A DNA stretch of 64,000 nucleotides from Macrostomum lignano (taxonomy: Eukaryota). A program made the position numbers and the translations under genes. Positions 12,401 to 23,464 of this stretch are shown here, one piece after another. The stretch covers positions 310,001 through 374,000 of the forward strand of contig NIVC01000926.1 in assembly GCA_002269645.1 (NCBI GenBank), written 5' to 3'. The notes under the pieces were generated by a model. It worked only from the letters and a program-made list of their open reading frames with translations, had not been told where the DNA came from and made no database searches. The first letter of the stretch is position 1. Each line of letters starts with the position of its first letter.

Positions 12401-14305
12401 TAGTCAAATTTAAAAAAATTTTTTTGCAAAATATCAAAAATGAAAAATGTTATAAGACTTTTACCTTTTAGTTTCTATATGTCAAAAATCCTGTTGTTAC
12501 AACCATAAGTGCCATTCAAGGTTTAATAGCATCTATACTAATGATGTATCTATATGAAACTTTATAAACATATTCTTGACAAAATAATCTTTCATTCAAA
12601 ATATTGGTTTAGTATATTCTATTATTAGATTTCATTTTATACGTAAAAATAGTCTGTCATGTTACAACCATAATTATATGGAATGGCCCACTATGTTTAA
12701 GGTGCCTTAACTTAGCTGGGCCCCTCACCAGCCAACCAGATCAAGTGGGTGTTGCGCATATATGACGTGGCAGTACCTTCTAAGCGAAAGCTTGTTAATT
12801 AATTAGTTATTATTCAATACAAAGATTAATTTTGTTATATTACAACAGGTGCTACGCCGAAGCAAACATCTTATACCAACTGTGGCTCGCCTATGCCTAA
12901 TTAGCACCTACTTAGAAGATGGCATTCGAATGTGGGTGCAGTGGTCTGATCAGGCTGAGTACATTCAGCACCAGTGGAATGCTCCGGCAGTTGCTGGGCA
13001 CAGTTTTGTAATTGCCAACATGGTTTTGCAACTGGCTGGCTGTGCTATGGTGCTGCTCCGGTGTCGCGTTGAAATTGCTTGCGCTATGCTGGCCTCTGTA
13101 CTGCTGCTGCAGTCTGTTGCCTACCAGATTCTGTGGGAGTCCAATTTTCTATTGAGAAATTTGGCCATTGGCGGTGGCGTTCTGCTTCTCTTTGTTGAGT
13201 CCAGGTGAGTGGCATTAGTTGGGAAAGATTGCTCCTTGACTAGCTGCTTATCTAAATGAAACAGATGCTGATAGAAAGTGACTCAATTGTGTAAAATTTC
13301 ACTCTTCTGAGTGGGATTTCACTGAAGGGGATTCCACTGATGTGGGGTTCTACTAATTGTTGATTCCACCATAGGGGAACTCAACTTAGGGGGGGATTCC
13401 ATTAAAAGGGAAGTTAAATTTGAAGGGAATTCTTCTAAGAGTTGATTCACTGAATGAGAATTCCACTGGAGGGGATATTTTCCACTAAAGGGGATATTCC
13501 ATCAGAGGGATATTCCACTGGAGGAGATATTCCACTGGAGGGGACATTCCACTGGAGGGGATATTCCACTGGAGGGGATATTCCACTGGAGGTGAATATT
13601 TCACTGTGTGGAAATATTTCGCTGTAGGTGAGGGGATATTCCACTAAAGAGGGATATTCCATTAAAGGGGATATTCCAATGGAGGGAATATTCCACTGGA
13701 TGGGGATATTCCACTGGAGGGGGAATATTCTACTTAAGGGAGATTCTACTGGAGGGTTCCACAGAGGGGATCCCACTGAAATCTTGTAACTCATGGATTT
13801 ATACTATGACGATTTGAGCGCCTAAATTCTGTCTAAGTTTTGCCTCAACAAGTTATTCCAATAACATAGCTGTACACTTACCTGTCTCCCCCCTGGCAGG
13901 GTGGAGGCCCGCTCCCTGTTTGCTGGATTGCCCAGCACAGGCGAAGGCGGCCGGCACCGCCGTTGGCTGCTGCTGTCTGGTCGCCTGCTGGTCCTGCTAA
14001 TGCTGGCCACCCTGGCCAGGTTTGACACCGCTGTCTACATGCTGAATTTCGGCATTGATCTGCTGCTAGTACTACTCATAGCAGTCGGTTATAAGACAAA
14101 ATTATGCGCACTGGCTGCTTCGTTGAAATTATTAATCATCAATTTGATTGCCAATCCCTGGTGGAGTTTGGCGGCTACGTCTACTAGGCGTGATGTGATG
14201 CGCTTCGACTTCTTCCAGACTATGTCGGTTATTGGCGGCCTGCTGCTTGTGGTGGCCGTGGGACCTGGCGGAGTCAGTCTGGACGAGAGGAAAAAACGAT
14301 TTTAA
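9404..14305 (+). CDS. SURF4: Surfeit locus protein 4 (Erv29/SURF4 ER cargo receptor), 274 aa; exons 9404-9466, 12849-13204, 13900-14305
   Basis: Exon 1 MSVYNKGKTDFLDNLEDIADK|gt matches the SURF4 AEDFADQ junction. Later motifs: ARLCLISTYLEDGIRMW, FLLRNLAIGGGVLLL, DFFQTMSVIGGLLLVVAVGPGGVSLDERKKRF with a C-terminal dibasic ER-retrieval motif. GT-AG junctions keep frame (phase 0, phase 2). Confidence 0.95.
10110..12689. mobile_element. TIR DNA element (outer host of a nested insertion) in SURF4 intron 1
   Basis: Left end GGCCCATTCCATATA, right end TATATGGAATGGCCC (one mismatch in the IR). Flanked by direct repeat ACTA (10106-10109 and 12690-12693). Subterminal GTTACAACCATA repeats lie near the right end. 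Confidence 0.55.
10350..12212 (-). mobile_element. Internally deleted MULE (Mutator-like) DNA transposon
   Basis: Inverted termini built of ~15-bp AAAAGGGCGACAGT repeats (10350-10450 vs 12127-12212). Minus-strand transposase remnant: EAAVWRAIQTVFPQASIRGCVFHYTQAVWRHIQQLG...ISVYRQ|AVRTNNDLESWH, with the MULE GCxFH and RTNNxxESW motifs. The 5' part of the gene is missing. Confidence 0.85.
13445..13790. repeat. ~18-20 bp minisatellite (GGGGATATTCCACTGGAG) in SURF4 intron 2
   Basis: Directly visible tandem units. Confidence 0.9.
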
Positions 14306-14444
14306 CATCTGTCATCGTGTGACTAAGGGATATGGTTTAGCTTGACTGCTTGCTCTGATGGGTATTTGTTTTTTGTAATTTGTGTATTCATTTTTGCTGC
14401 TTTTTTCAATTAGTTTCTTCAATCTACTTACCCCCTAATCCTCT

Positions 14445-15670
14445 CCTCTCTTCCCTCCCTTTCTGTCCTCTCCCCTCTCCCTCTCTTCTCCTTTCTTCCC
14501 TCTCTCTCTCTTCTCTCTCCTATCATCTCCCTCTCTTCTCTCTCCCCTCTCTCCCCTCTCCTCTCCCCTCTACTCTCCCCTCTCCTCTCCCCTCTCCTCC
14601 CCTCTCCCTCTCCTCTCCCCTCTCTCCCTCTCTTCTCCCGTCTCCCCTCTCTCCCTCTCTCCTCTCCTCTCCCCTCTCTCCCTCTCCTCTCCTCTCTCCT
14701 CTCCCCTCTCCCTCTCCTCTCCCCTCTCTCCCTCTCTCCCCTCTCTCCCTCTCTCCTCTCCTCTCCCCTCTCTCCCTCTCCTCTCCCCTCTCTCCCTCTC
14801 CTCTCCCCTCTCTCCCTCTCCTCTCCCCTCTCTCCCTCTCCTCTCCCCTCTCCTCTCCCCTCTCCTCTCCCCTCTCCCCTCTCTCCCTCTCTCCTCTCCT
14901 CTCCTCTCCTCTCCCCTCTCCCCTCTCTCCCTCTCTCCTCTCCTCTCCCCTCTCTCCCTCTCCTCTCCCCTCTCCCTCTCCTCTCCCCTCTCTCCCTCTC
15001 TCCCCTCTCTCCCTCTCTCCTCTCCTCTCCCCTCTCTCCCTCTCCTCTCCCCTCTCTCCCTCTCCTCTCCCCTCTCCTCTCCCCTCTCCTCTCCCCTCTC
15101 CTCCCTCTCCCTCTCTCCTCTCCTCTCCCCTCTCTCCCTCTCCTCTCCCCTCTCCTCTCCCCTCTCCCCTCTCTCCCTCTCTCCTCTCCTCTCCTCTCCT
15201 CTCCCCTCTCCCCTCTCTCCCTCTCTCCTCTCCTCTCCTCTCCTCTCCCCTCTCTCCCTCTCTCCTCTCCTCTCCTCTCCTCTCCCCTCTCCCCTCTCTC
15301 CCTCTCTCCTCTCCTCTCCTCCCCTCTCCCCTCTCTCCCTCTCTCCTCTCCTCTCCTCTCCTCTCCCCTCTCCTCTCCCCTCTCCCCTCTCCCCTCTCTC
15401 TCTCTCCTCTCCTCTCCCCTCTCCCCTCTCTCCCTCTCTCCTCTCCTCTCCTCTCCTCTCCCCTCTCTCCCTCTCTCCTCTCCTCTCCTCTCCTCTCCCC
15501 TCTCTCCCTCTCTCCTCTCCTCTCCTCTCCTCTCCCCTCTCCCCTCTCTCCCTCTCTCCTCTCCTCTCCTCTCCCCTCTCCTCTCCCCTCTCCCCTCTCT
15601 CCCTCTCTCCTCTCCTCTCCTCTCCTTTCCCCTCTCTCCCTCTCTCCTCTCCTCTCCTCCTCTCCCTCCT
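14445..15670. repeat. (CT/CCT)-rich microsatellite, pure pyrimidine tract of ~1.2 kb
   Basis: Almost exclusively C and T on the + strand; generates spurious ORFs on both strands. Confidence 0.95.
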
Positions 15671-17924
15671 CTTCGTACTCTCCAATTCTGTCTTGTCCGT
15701 TCCCCCTCTCTCTTCCTGTCACCATCTCTTTCCCTGAGAATTTTGCATCACGTATAGAAGTCACAGCTACTCAGAGCTATAAAATATGTTAACCCAATTT
15801 ATCAGTTTGATATAAATTCCTTAAATGGTAGTTTTATTTAGCAACATAATTTCTGACCTTCACCAACTGCAATCGACATCGGTCTCTGAATTCTCTAATT
15901 TAGCTCTCTTGCCAGATCATTAGTGCCATTAAAATAAAGATAATTAATAAATTATAAATTATAAAGCGCTTTGCTTCGTGTTAAAATAGGAATTTTACTC
16001 ATTTTACTACTTAATAACCACTTAATTGCGTCAGTAGAATGTTTAGCAAGTTTTGTCAGTTTTTTTATTTTGTCTTCCTAATATTATTAATAGAAATATT
16101 GTCAAGTTTTTGGTGCAATTTAGTTTTTTATTATCTATTTTATCCAATTCAGTTTACAGGTGTTGGGAGTGCTTTCTTGTACTTTATTTTATTCACCAGA
16201 TAAAAATGCACATTTAATGAATTTTCAATTATGCTTTTATAGATTTCATAGGTTCTTCATTTTTAGCTGCCACTGTGCCTTCGTAATTGTCTTGGGTCAC
16301 TTACAGTTATACTTTATTTCTTTTATTCTTGCATCTGTTTCAATGCTTTGTCAAGAAATTCCTCAGTGTACTTGTTTTGATCTGGTGCCAGCCAATAAAA
16401 GATGGTTCCATGCTAAAAAATTAATGCTATTTAATTATTTACATTACTGAATGGATGATTTTTTGGTTAATTTCTTTTTCAAAAAATTAATAAAATTGAT
16501 TGAGTCAGTGCACTCTGTTTTGAGTTGAAAAAAAAATAATTTTGCTTACTTATTTGAATTGCTGAAATTGTGAATTGGGCCTAAGATTCAACTCTGCTCA
16601 CCCGTAACTCTCCTATGTATGTATATCTTATTTTAAACCACTTTAAAGCTCACTTTCAGGGAGGTTATTGACATAGATTTTATTTTGCGGGATTTAATCG
16701 ATCACTTTCCCGGACATGTTGCAAGGATTATTGTATGTATCTAAATAAGCGAGTTTCTCTCTTCTCTTCCTTCGTGACTCAAGAAATTTCTTAATGAAAT
16801 TTTTCTATGGTCAGAATGTGGGGGCTTCGCCACCACACCCCATCACCAAATTCAACCATAGAAATACAAGTATGGCTCCAGGATTTATCTGAATACATCC
16901 CGCAGAATTAAAGTAGTTTAAATAAGATATTCTATGGGTTTTTCGGTCGGTATTTCACTTAATCACCTACCGACCTCAATCCCATAGAATATCTTATACA
17001 TAGGTTAATTTTAGGAATTCGAGAATTCCTTTTCAGGCACTGCCAATCATATTCAATCAATATTTCTACTTTCGTCTATGGTCAAAACACCGCGAATAGT
17101 CTGTGGCGCAGACACATGCAGAGCATTGAATTTAAGACACTAAGCAATTTAAACGAAAGTACGTACGGTCAAGTACTCAATTCAATCACTCAACTATAAC
17201 AAGTAACAGCCAAAAACAACACCTAAAAAGTTCTATAGCTAATCGTAAATCGTCATTTAGAATCAACAAAAGAAGCCAAGAAAGAGAAATAGCATTTTCC
17301 AAGCCAATTGAGCTTAGGAGCAAGCAATTTAATCCTTATTGGGAGAATCAAGCTCCATAGACCCCTCTCGGGTCGGGCCATAGACAATAAAAAGCAAGTC
17401 TTCAACAGCTTAATTCCCCTCCAAGGATTTAATTTCTTGCTCCTAGCCTCAATTGGCTTGAAAAATGCTATATTAAAGCTTTGAAGTTTAGCCAATCTTT
17501 CCTTTTCTTTCCTTTGCCACCAGTTTACACCATAGACATATTGTAGCATCCATCTCACTTGTAGGATCGCCCGCCCCATTGCTCGCTGATCTGGCGTCCT
17601 TTGCCCTTGGTGCTTGTAGATTTCTCATGAAACTGGCCCCTATTGAACATATTGTAAATTAGTAAACGCATATTTCGTTGCTGCGTGTTCATACGAGTAT
17701 GTCGGTTTTGACTATAAAGACAAAATCTCGGTAACAAAATGAACCAAAGTGATCGGGCCATAGGTGTAAACTGGCCAAGAACAGCATAAAGATCTACTTA
17801 GTAAGTAGTATACTGGAGTAAGTAGTAATACTAGAAGCATATTATTATGTTTCTTTTTTTCACATTCAGTCCCCGTTTGCTGATCGATGGTGCAGAGATA
17901 CGCCAATAAATCAACCAGTCGCCA

Positions 17925-19844
17925 ATGGTTGTCAAGAAGGTTGAGGCATTGGCGGCAATGCCTTCGGGCCCTCATCCGCAATTGATGTCTGCTCTGACAC
18001 GACTGCGCAGCCATTTGTCTCTGATGGCGCCGGTCTGTCTGGCGCCCTGTTGGCGCCAGGTTGTGCGCGGACTGCGGCGGATTAGAAGTCCGCGCCGACC
18101 GGAGAACCGAGTTCCAGGTGTGGCTGACGATCGAAAACTTGTGTTGGTCTTTTTCATGCAGCTTCACTATTGCTGTGTAAATTCTGAGACAGTTTAGAGT
18201 TCCTCCTTCTAGTCTAAACCTCAAAAATCGCCTCACAAACCACTCCAAGAATCGCCCACAAACCAGTTCCCTTCCAAAAATCGCCCCACAAACCACCCTA
18301 AGAATCGCACCACAAACCACTCCAAGAATCGCACCACAAACCACTCCAAGAATCGCACCACATACCACTCCAAGAATCGCCCCACAAACCACTCCAAGAA
18401 TCGCCCCACAAACCACCCTAAGAATCGCACCACAAACCACTCCAAGAATCGCCCACAAACCAGTTCCCTTCCAAAAATCGCCCCACAAACCACCCTAAGA
18501 ATCGCACCACAAACCACTCCAAGAATCGCACCACAAACCACTCCAAGAATCGCACCACATACCACTCCAAGAATCGCCCCACAAACCACTCCAAGAATCG
18601 CCCCACAAACCACCCTAAGAATCGCACCACAAACCACTCCAAGAATCGCACCACAAACCACTCCAAGAATCGCCCCACATACCACTCCAAGAATCGCCCC
18701 ACAAACACTCCAAGAATCGCCCCACAAACCACTCCAAGAATCGCCCCACAAACACTCCAAGAATCGCCCCACAAACCACTCCAAGAATCGCCCCACAAAC
18801 ACTCCAAGAATCGCCCCACAAACCACTCCAAGAATCGCCCCACAAACACTCCAAGAATCGCCCCACAAACCACTCCAAGAATCGCCCCACAAACCACTCC
18901 AAGAATCGCCCCACAAACACTCCAAGAATCGCCCCACAAACCACTCCAAGAATCGCCCCACAAACACTCCAAGAATCGCCCCACAAACCACTCCAAGAAT
19001 CGCCCCACAAACCACTCCAAGAATCGCCCCACAAACCACTCCAAGAATCGCCCCACATACCACTCCAAGAATCGCCCCACAAACCACCAAGAATCGCCCC
19101 ACAAACCACTCCAAGAATCGCCAGAAAATCACTTATTCGGGACTCGAACCCGGGACCTTCCGCACGCCTAGGCGACTCAATTGACCGCTCTGCCCCTGCC
19201 AAAGCCAATCATTGCCAGTCGCGAATTATCTATTTTTCGATAATGAATTGATTTTACCTCCAGATCCTCTCCAAGCCTGTGCCATTGCAAGCGACGGCAG
19301 CTTATCAACTGATCGGATTCAACAGCCGCTGTACACCACGGCCTTGGCACTTGCCGGGGTGCCTCGGACAGTTCCGTCCGACCACCTTGTGGCCGACATT
19401 GGCTGCGGCCCGGTGGCTCGGCTGCCGCCCGAACTACCAGTGCTGGGCCTGGATCTCTGCTTGCCTGCCGATTTTAACCAACAACAACAACAACAAAGAC
19501 CAACAAAGACCCTGTTAGCTGGCAATTGCTATTATCAGGTCCGCTGCGATCTGACTAAGCAGCAATGGCCTGTCAGGCGTGGGATAGCTGACTCGGCAGT
19601 CTCAGTGTCTGCGATGCAGTGCCTGCTAACCGGGGGACAATCAATGGCCTTTGTTTTGTTAAGCAATGCTACAGGAATTGTCAGACCCGGTGGTTTAACT
19701 GTTATGCAGTTCTATCCTACTGGTGTGGAACAGGTTGCCATGGTGATGAATGCCGCCGCGCTAACTGATAGGCCGCATATGTTGGTGAACTGTCGGCCGG
19801 TGTTGAACAGAGGTGTGAAATTGTTTCTTGTCCTGGTGGCTTGA
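17925..19844 (+). CDS. Divergent BUD23/WBSCR22-like class I SAM-dependent methyltransferase, 257 aa; exons 17925-18117, 19264-19844
   Basis: Splicing CCAG|gtgtgg...ctccag|ATCC (phase 1) gives RRPENRVPDPLQ...DRIQQPLYTTALAL. Then VADIGCG, LGLDL, DL...WPVRRGIADSAVSVSAMQCL, VRPGGLTVMQFYP..VEQVAMV, KLFLVL. This is co-linear with BUD23 (RRPE...IQ...ALELL, [50 protein letters not shown]). The start codon is uncertain. Confidence 0.8.
18230..19122. repeat. 23-24 bp minisatellite (AAGAATCGCCCCACAAACCACTCC) in the methyltransferase intron
   Basis: Tandem units visible; responsible for the CGAILGVV and GRFLEWFV ORFs. Confidence 0.95.
19136..19206 (-). other. tRNA-derived Pol III-type head (SINE-like)
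   Basis: Minus strand reads GGCAGAGCGG (A-box-like) ... CCGGGTTCGAGTCCCG (T arm / B box). No complete cloverleaf. Confidence 0.55.
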
Positions 19845-19859
19845 TGTGAACCGGTGTTT

Positions 19860-20645
19860 CTCTGCTTTTGGATGGAGTGTCTTCTGCTTTTAGTTTGGGG
19901 TGTCTTCTGCTTTTAGATTGGAGTGTCTTCTGCTTTTAGTTTGGGGTTTCTTCTGGTTTTAGATTGAAATGTCTTCTGCTCCTAGATTGGAGTGTCTTCT
20001 GCTTTAAACCTGGAGTGTCTGCTGCTTTTAGCTTGGATTTTCTTCTGCTTTTAGCCTGGGGTGTCTTCTGCTTTTAGATTGGGGTTTCTTCTGCTTTTAG
20101 ATTGGAGTGTCTTCTGCTTTTAGTTTGGGGTTTCTTCTGGTTTTAGATTGAAATGTCTTCTGCTCCTAGATTGGAGTGTCTTCTGCTTTAAACCTGGAGT
20201 GTCTTCTGCTTTAAACCTGGAGTGTCTTCTGCTTTTAGATTGAGTGTCTGCTGCTTTTAGCTTGGATTTTCTTCTGCTTTTAGCCTGGGGTGTCTTCTGC
20301 TTTTAGATTGGGGTTTCTTCTGCTTTTAGCCTGGGTGTCTTCTGCTTTTAGATTGGGGTGTCTTCTGCTTTTAGCCTGGGGTGTCTTCTGGTTTTAGATT
20401 GGGGTGTCTTCTGCTTTTAGCCTGGGTGTCTTCTGCTTTTAGATTGGGGTGTCTTCTGCTTTTAGCTTGGGGTGTCTTCTGCTTTTAGATTGGGGTGTCT
20501 TCTGCTTTTAGATTGGGGTGTCTTCTGCTTTTAGATTGGGGTGTCTTCTGCTTTTAGATTGGGGTGTCTTCTGCTTTTAGATTGGGGTGTCTTCTGCTTT
20601 TAGATTGGGGTGTCTTCTGCTTTTAGATTGGGGTGTCTTCTGCTT
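19860..20645. repeat. 23-bp minisatellite (GGGGTGTCTTCTGCTTTTAGATT)
   Basis: Tandem array starting about 15 bp after the methyltransferase stop. Confidence 0.95.
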
Positions 20646-21212
20646 TAAACGAGGGTGCGCTTTCTTAGGCAATCAGGCAGTCATTGATATAGAGCTTTTA
20701 TTGGATATAATGTTTCATTATTTTGTTCTGTGCTACAACTAATGCATTTCGCACCTGGGTTACAATATCTGTGCAAATTGCTTGTAAATAAAATAAATAA
20801 GTGCTGGTAGATCCATCGTTTCTACGTGTGATTTCTCGCCACAGAGAAAAGCTTGCACTGGCAGTGCATTTTGTTCGTTTCTAATTTCATAGCGATGACA
20901 AATGCAAACCCTAAAAATAATTTGTTTATACTTGAAGTAGCTTATTCGATTGGCAAAAACTTTTAATTTCTCTCAACAACACAGGAAGCCAGTTTTTCTA
21001 ACAGCTGTTTACGTAGATTAAGATAAACTCATCATGGATTTCATGTAGGTCTTTCTGTGTGTGTGCGTGTGTGGCGCCGCTCTTCCGTCTATATATACAT
21101 GGATATGTAACAAATAAGTGCAGATATAAAATCGTATAATATCGTTTCTTAAAGCGAAAGTTTTCCCTGCAATTATCGTTTATTCAACACAATTGCCTTA
21201 GCGATAGCCAAG

Positions 21213-22794
21213 ATGAAGAGGCTGTTTGCCTGTACCTGCTGGTCGTCAGGGCGACAGAAACGAGGTGGCTTCGATGTTGGCGACTGCGACACTGCTGGAT
21301 CTCAGCAGGTGTTTTCGACCGTTACTAATGTACGTGTTAATGCAGGTTAATGTGTTAATGTGTTAATGCACGTGTTAATGTACTAATGTACGTGTAATGC
21401 AGGTGTTTTCGACCGTTACTAATGGTGCTAATTTAGGCCTGAGTTGGTGAGCGTTAATCGCATGTATTGTATACGTAGAAACAAAGAAGATTTTCAAGGT
21501 ATTAATATTATTGATATTATTATTATCGAAAAATTGAAAAATTAATTATTACTCTTGTGCGAAAATGGCACCGAATACTACAGGGCAGTTGCTATTTATA
21601 AATTAAACAGACAGAAGCCATTACCAGGTACATGTATCTCACATACTTGTACATGTACAGTCGACAGTATGCTGCATCCTTTCTTATGCGTGTTTCCTAA
21701 ATTGCATTTCAATAAAACAAAACGTTTTTTAGTTCACAGAAGACATGCACACCGCCATCCGCACCGAGTGCTCAGGAGGCCACCATCAGCAGAAGCAGCC
21801 GGCGCCGTTATGCTCTGGTATTTTGCTTCTTTCACCAACAATTTGAATCGACAAGCAGTTCGGCTGCACAACGCGCCGCTCGTGACCTGCTTCGAGGTCT
21901 CGGCTTTATCACGCACTCGTTTTTTAATCTCGATAAGTTGGATGACATCCTGAGCGAGCTTCGGGCAGGTGAGAACTCTGTGGGGGGCACTGTGCTAGTC
22001 CACAATACTAAATTTTTGCCTAGTACATGGGCGATCATTTGGCACTCCTTTATCATCTAGATTAAATTGGCACTCCTTTATCATCTAGATTAGCACACCT
22101 TTATCGTCTAGATTAAATTGGCACTCCTTTATCATCTAGATTAGCACACCTTTATCGTCTAGATTAAATTGGCACTCCTTTATCATCTAGATTAGCACAC
22201 CTTTATCGTCTAGATTAAATTGGCACTCCTTTATCATCTCGATTAGCACACCTTTCGCATCATCTAGATTAGAATTTCGTGATTCATTATTCTACCAATC
22301 CTATTTTCCTACTTATAGTAGACAGTGTGGAACACAGCCAGACAGACTGTCTAGCCGTGATGCTGCTACTGCACAGGTCCGCCCCTGCCATCGCCCAGAT
22401 TTCTGCCAATCCCGCCGCCCTGCTCCAGCCGCTCATCGACTGCTGCAGCCTCAACGGGAAGCCGAAAATTTTGCTAATTTTGCAACACGACGAAACTGAA
22501 AACCCGAATGCTCTGCTGCCAATGGATCATTTGAGTAGTGCAGTTCGCCTGAACAAAGATTTATTTATCCATTACGGCTACTCCCTAGAGACTGCGGAAT
22601 CTGGTGACGATTGCTGCGGTTGTTTGAAGGTTTTGAAGGCTCTGGCGAATCGAATCACGGCAGATCCGCATCGGATTGATCTCCCGGCTTGCCTGTCGCA
22701 TGCAGCTAAAGACGTGCAGCAACAGGAAGAGGAACAAATCTGCACTACGCGCGTGTTTTCGTCTCTTAGTAGAGACTTGATCTTTGTTGATTGA
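21213..22794 (+). CDS. Caspase-fold (peptidase C14-like) pseudoenzyme, 266 aa; exons 21213-21308, 21740-21968, 22319-22794
   Basis: GT-AG junctions in frame (phase 0, phase 1). RRYALVF...DLLRGLGFITHSFFNL...EHSQTDCLAVMLLLH...CSLNGKPKILLI...KDLFIHY...SSLSRDLIF follows the caspase p20/p10 pattern. QACRG is replaced by LQHDE. Confidence 0.8.
22035..22265. repeat. ~51-bp tandem repeat (GGCACTCCTTTATCATCTAGATTAGCACACCTTTATCGTCTAGATTAAATT), about 4 copies, in caspase-like intron 2
   Basis: Directly visible. Confidence 0.9.
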
Positions 22795-23464
22795 TGCCGC
22801 AAAAATTCGCACTTAATCAAGGACTAAATTCGTAGAGTAGAAATTGATTATTTTTATTGACTAATAAAAAAAATTAAAATCACAGCAAACGATGCGTTAT
22901 TTTGCTAGAAAGCATTTTTAATATCAATACATAATCAACTGTTCTTTTTTGTTTATTTAACTCTTCAAAAGATTTAGTCAGTATCATTGCTGTATAAAAC
23001 AGACAAGATTATAAGCGCGGAATTTTCTGGAACAGAGCTAAAGAAACAGATCCGAGGGAAGGGGATTTGGGGTGGCTTTCAATTCAAGCATTTCAAAACA
23101 AACCAGAAATTCTGACACCAGATAGCAATGAGGCTTACTGTGAAGAGACAAAAATACGGCAAAGAATAGCTACTAAAATACTTTTTTATTTACTGGCTAA
23201 ACAGCGCAGAAAATGAAAACACGCGCCGCTAATATATTGACTGGCATAAAAAATTAGCAATACATGTTTAGTTTTTAGCACTTTGACTTGTCTTTGGACC
23301 AAAATAAACCTGGATTACAGCGAAGAGGTTTGGTAAATAAAATCGCAGAACTGAAGCAGCAGTACATGGCGGCGTTTTGATGTGAGAATACAGCTGGAAT
23401 TTTTTGTAATTGCTGTTTAAACCGTGTCATTTCTTAGATTTAAAGCCGTGGACTAAATGGATGG

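Noticed and set aside
12693-12750. GATCAA|GTGGGT as SURF4 first exon
   Set aside because: No in-frame ATG or homology; 9404-9466 (LEDIADK|gt) fits much better.
17712-18488. Minus-strand ORF with an F-box-like phrase (FSIVSHTWNSVL)
   Set aside because: Starts in a minisatellite and is antisense to the exon that supplies the BUD23 RRPE motif with an in-frame splice.
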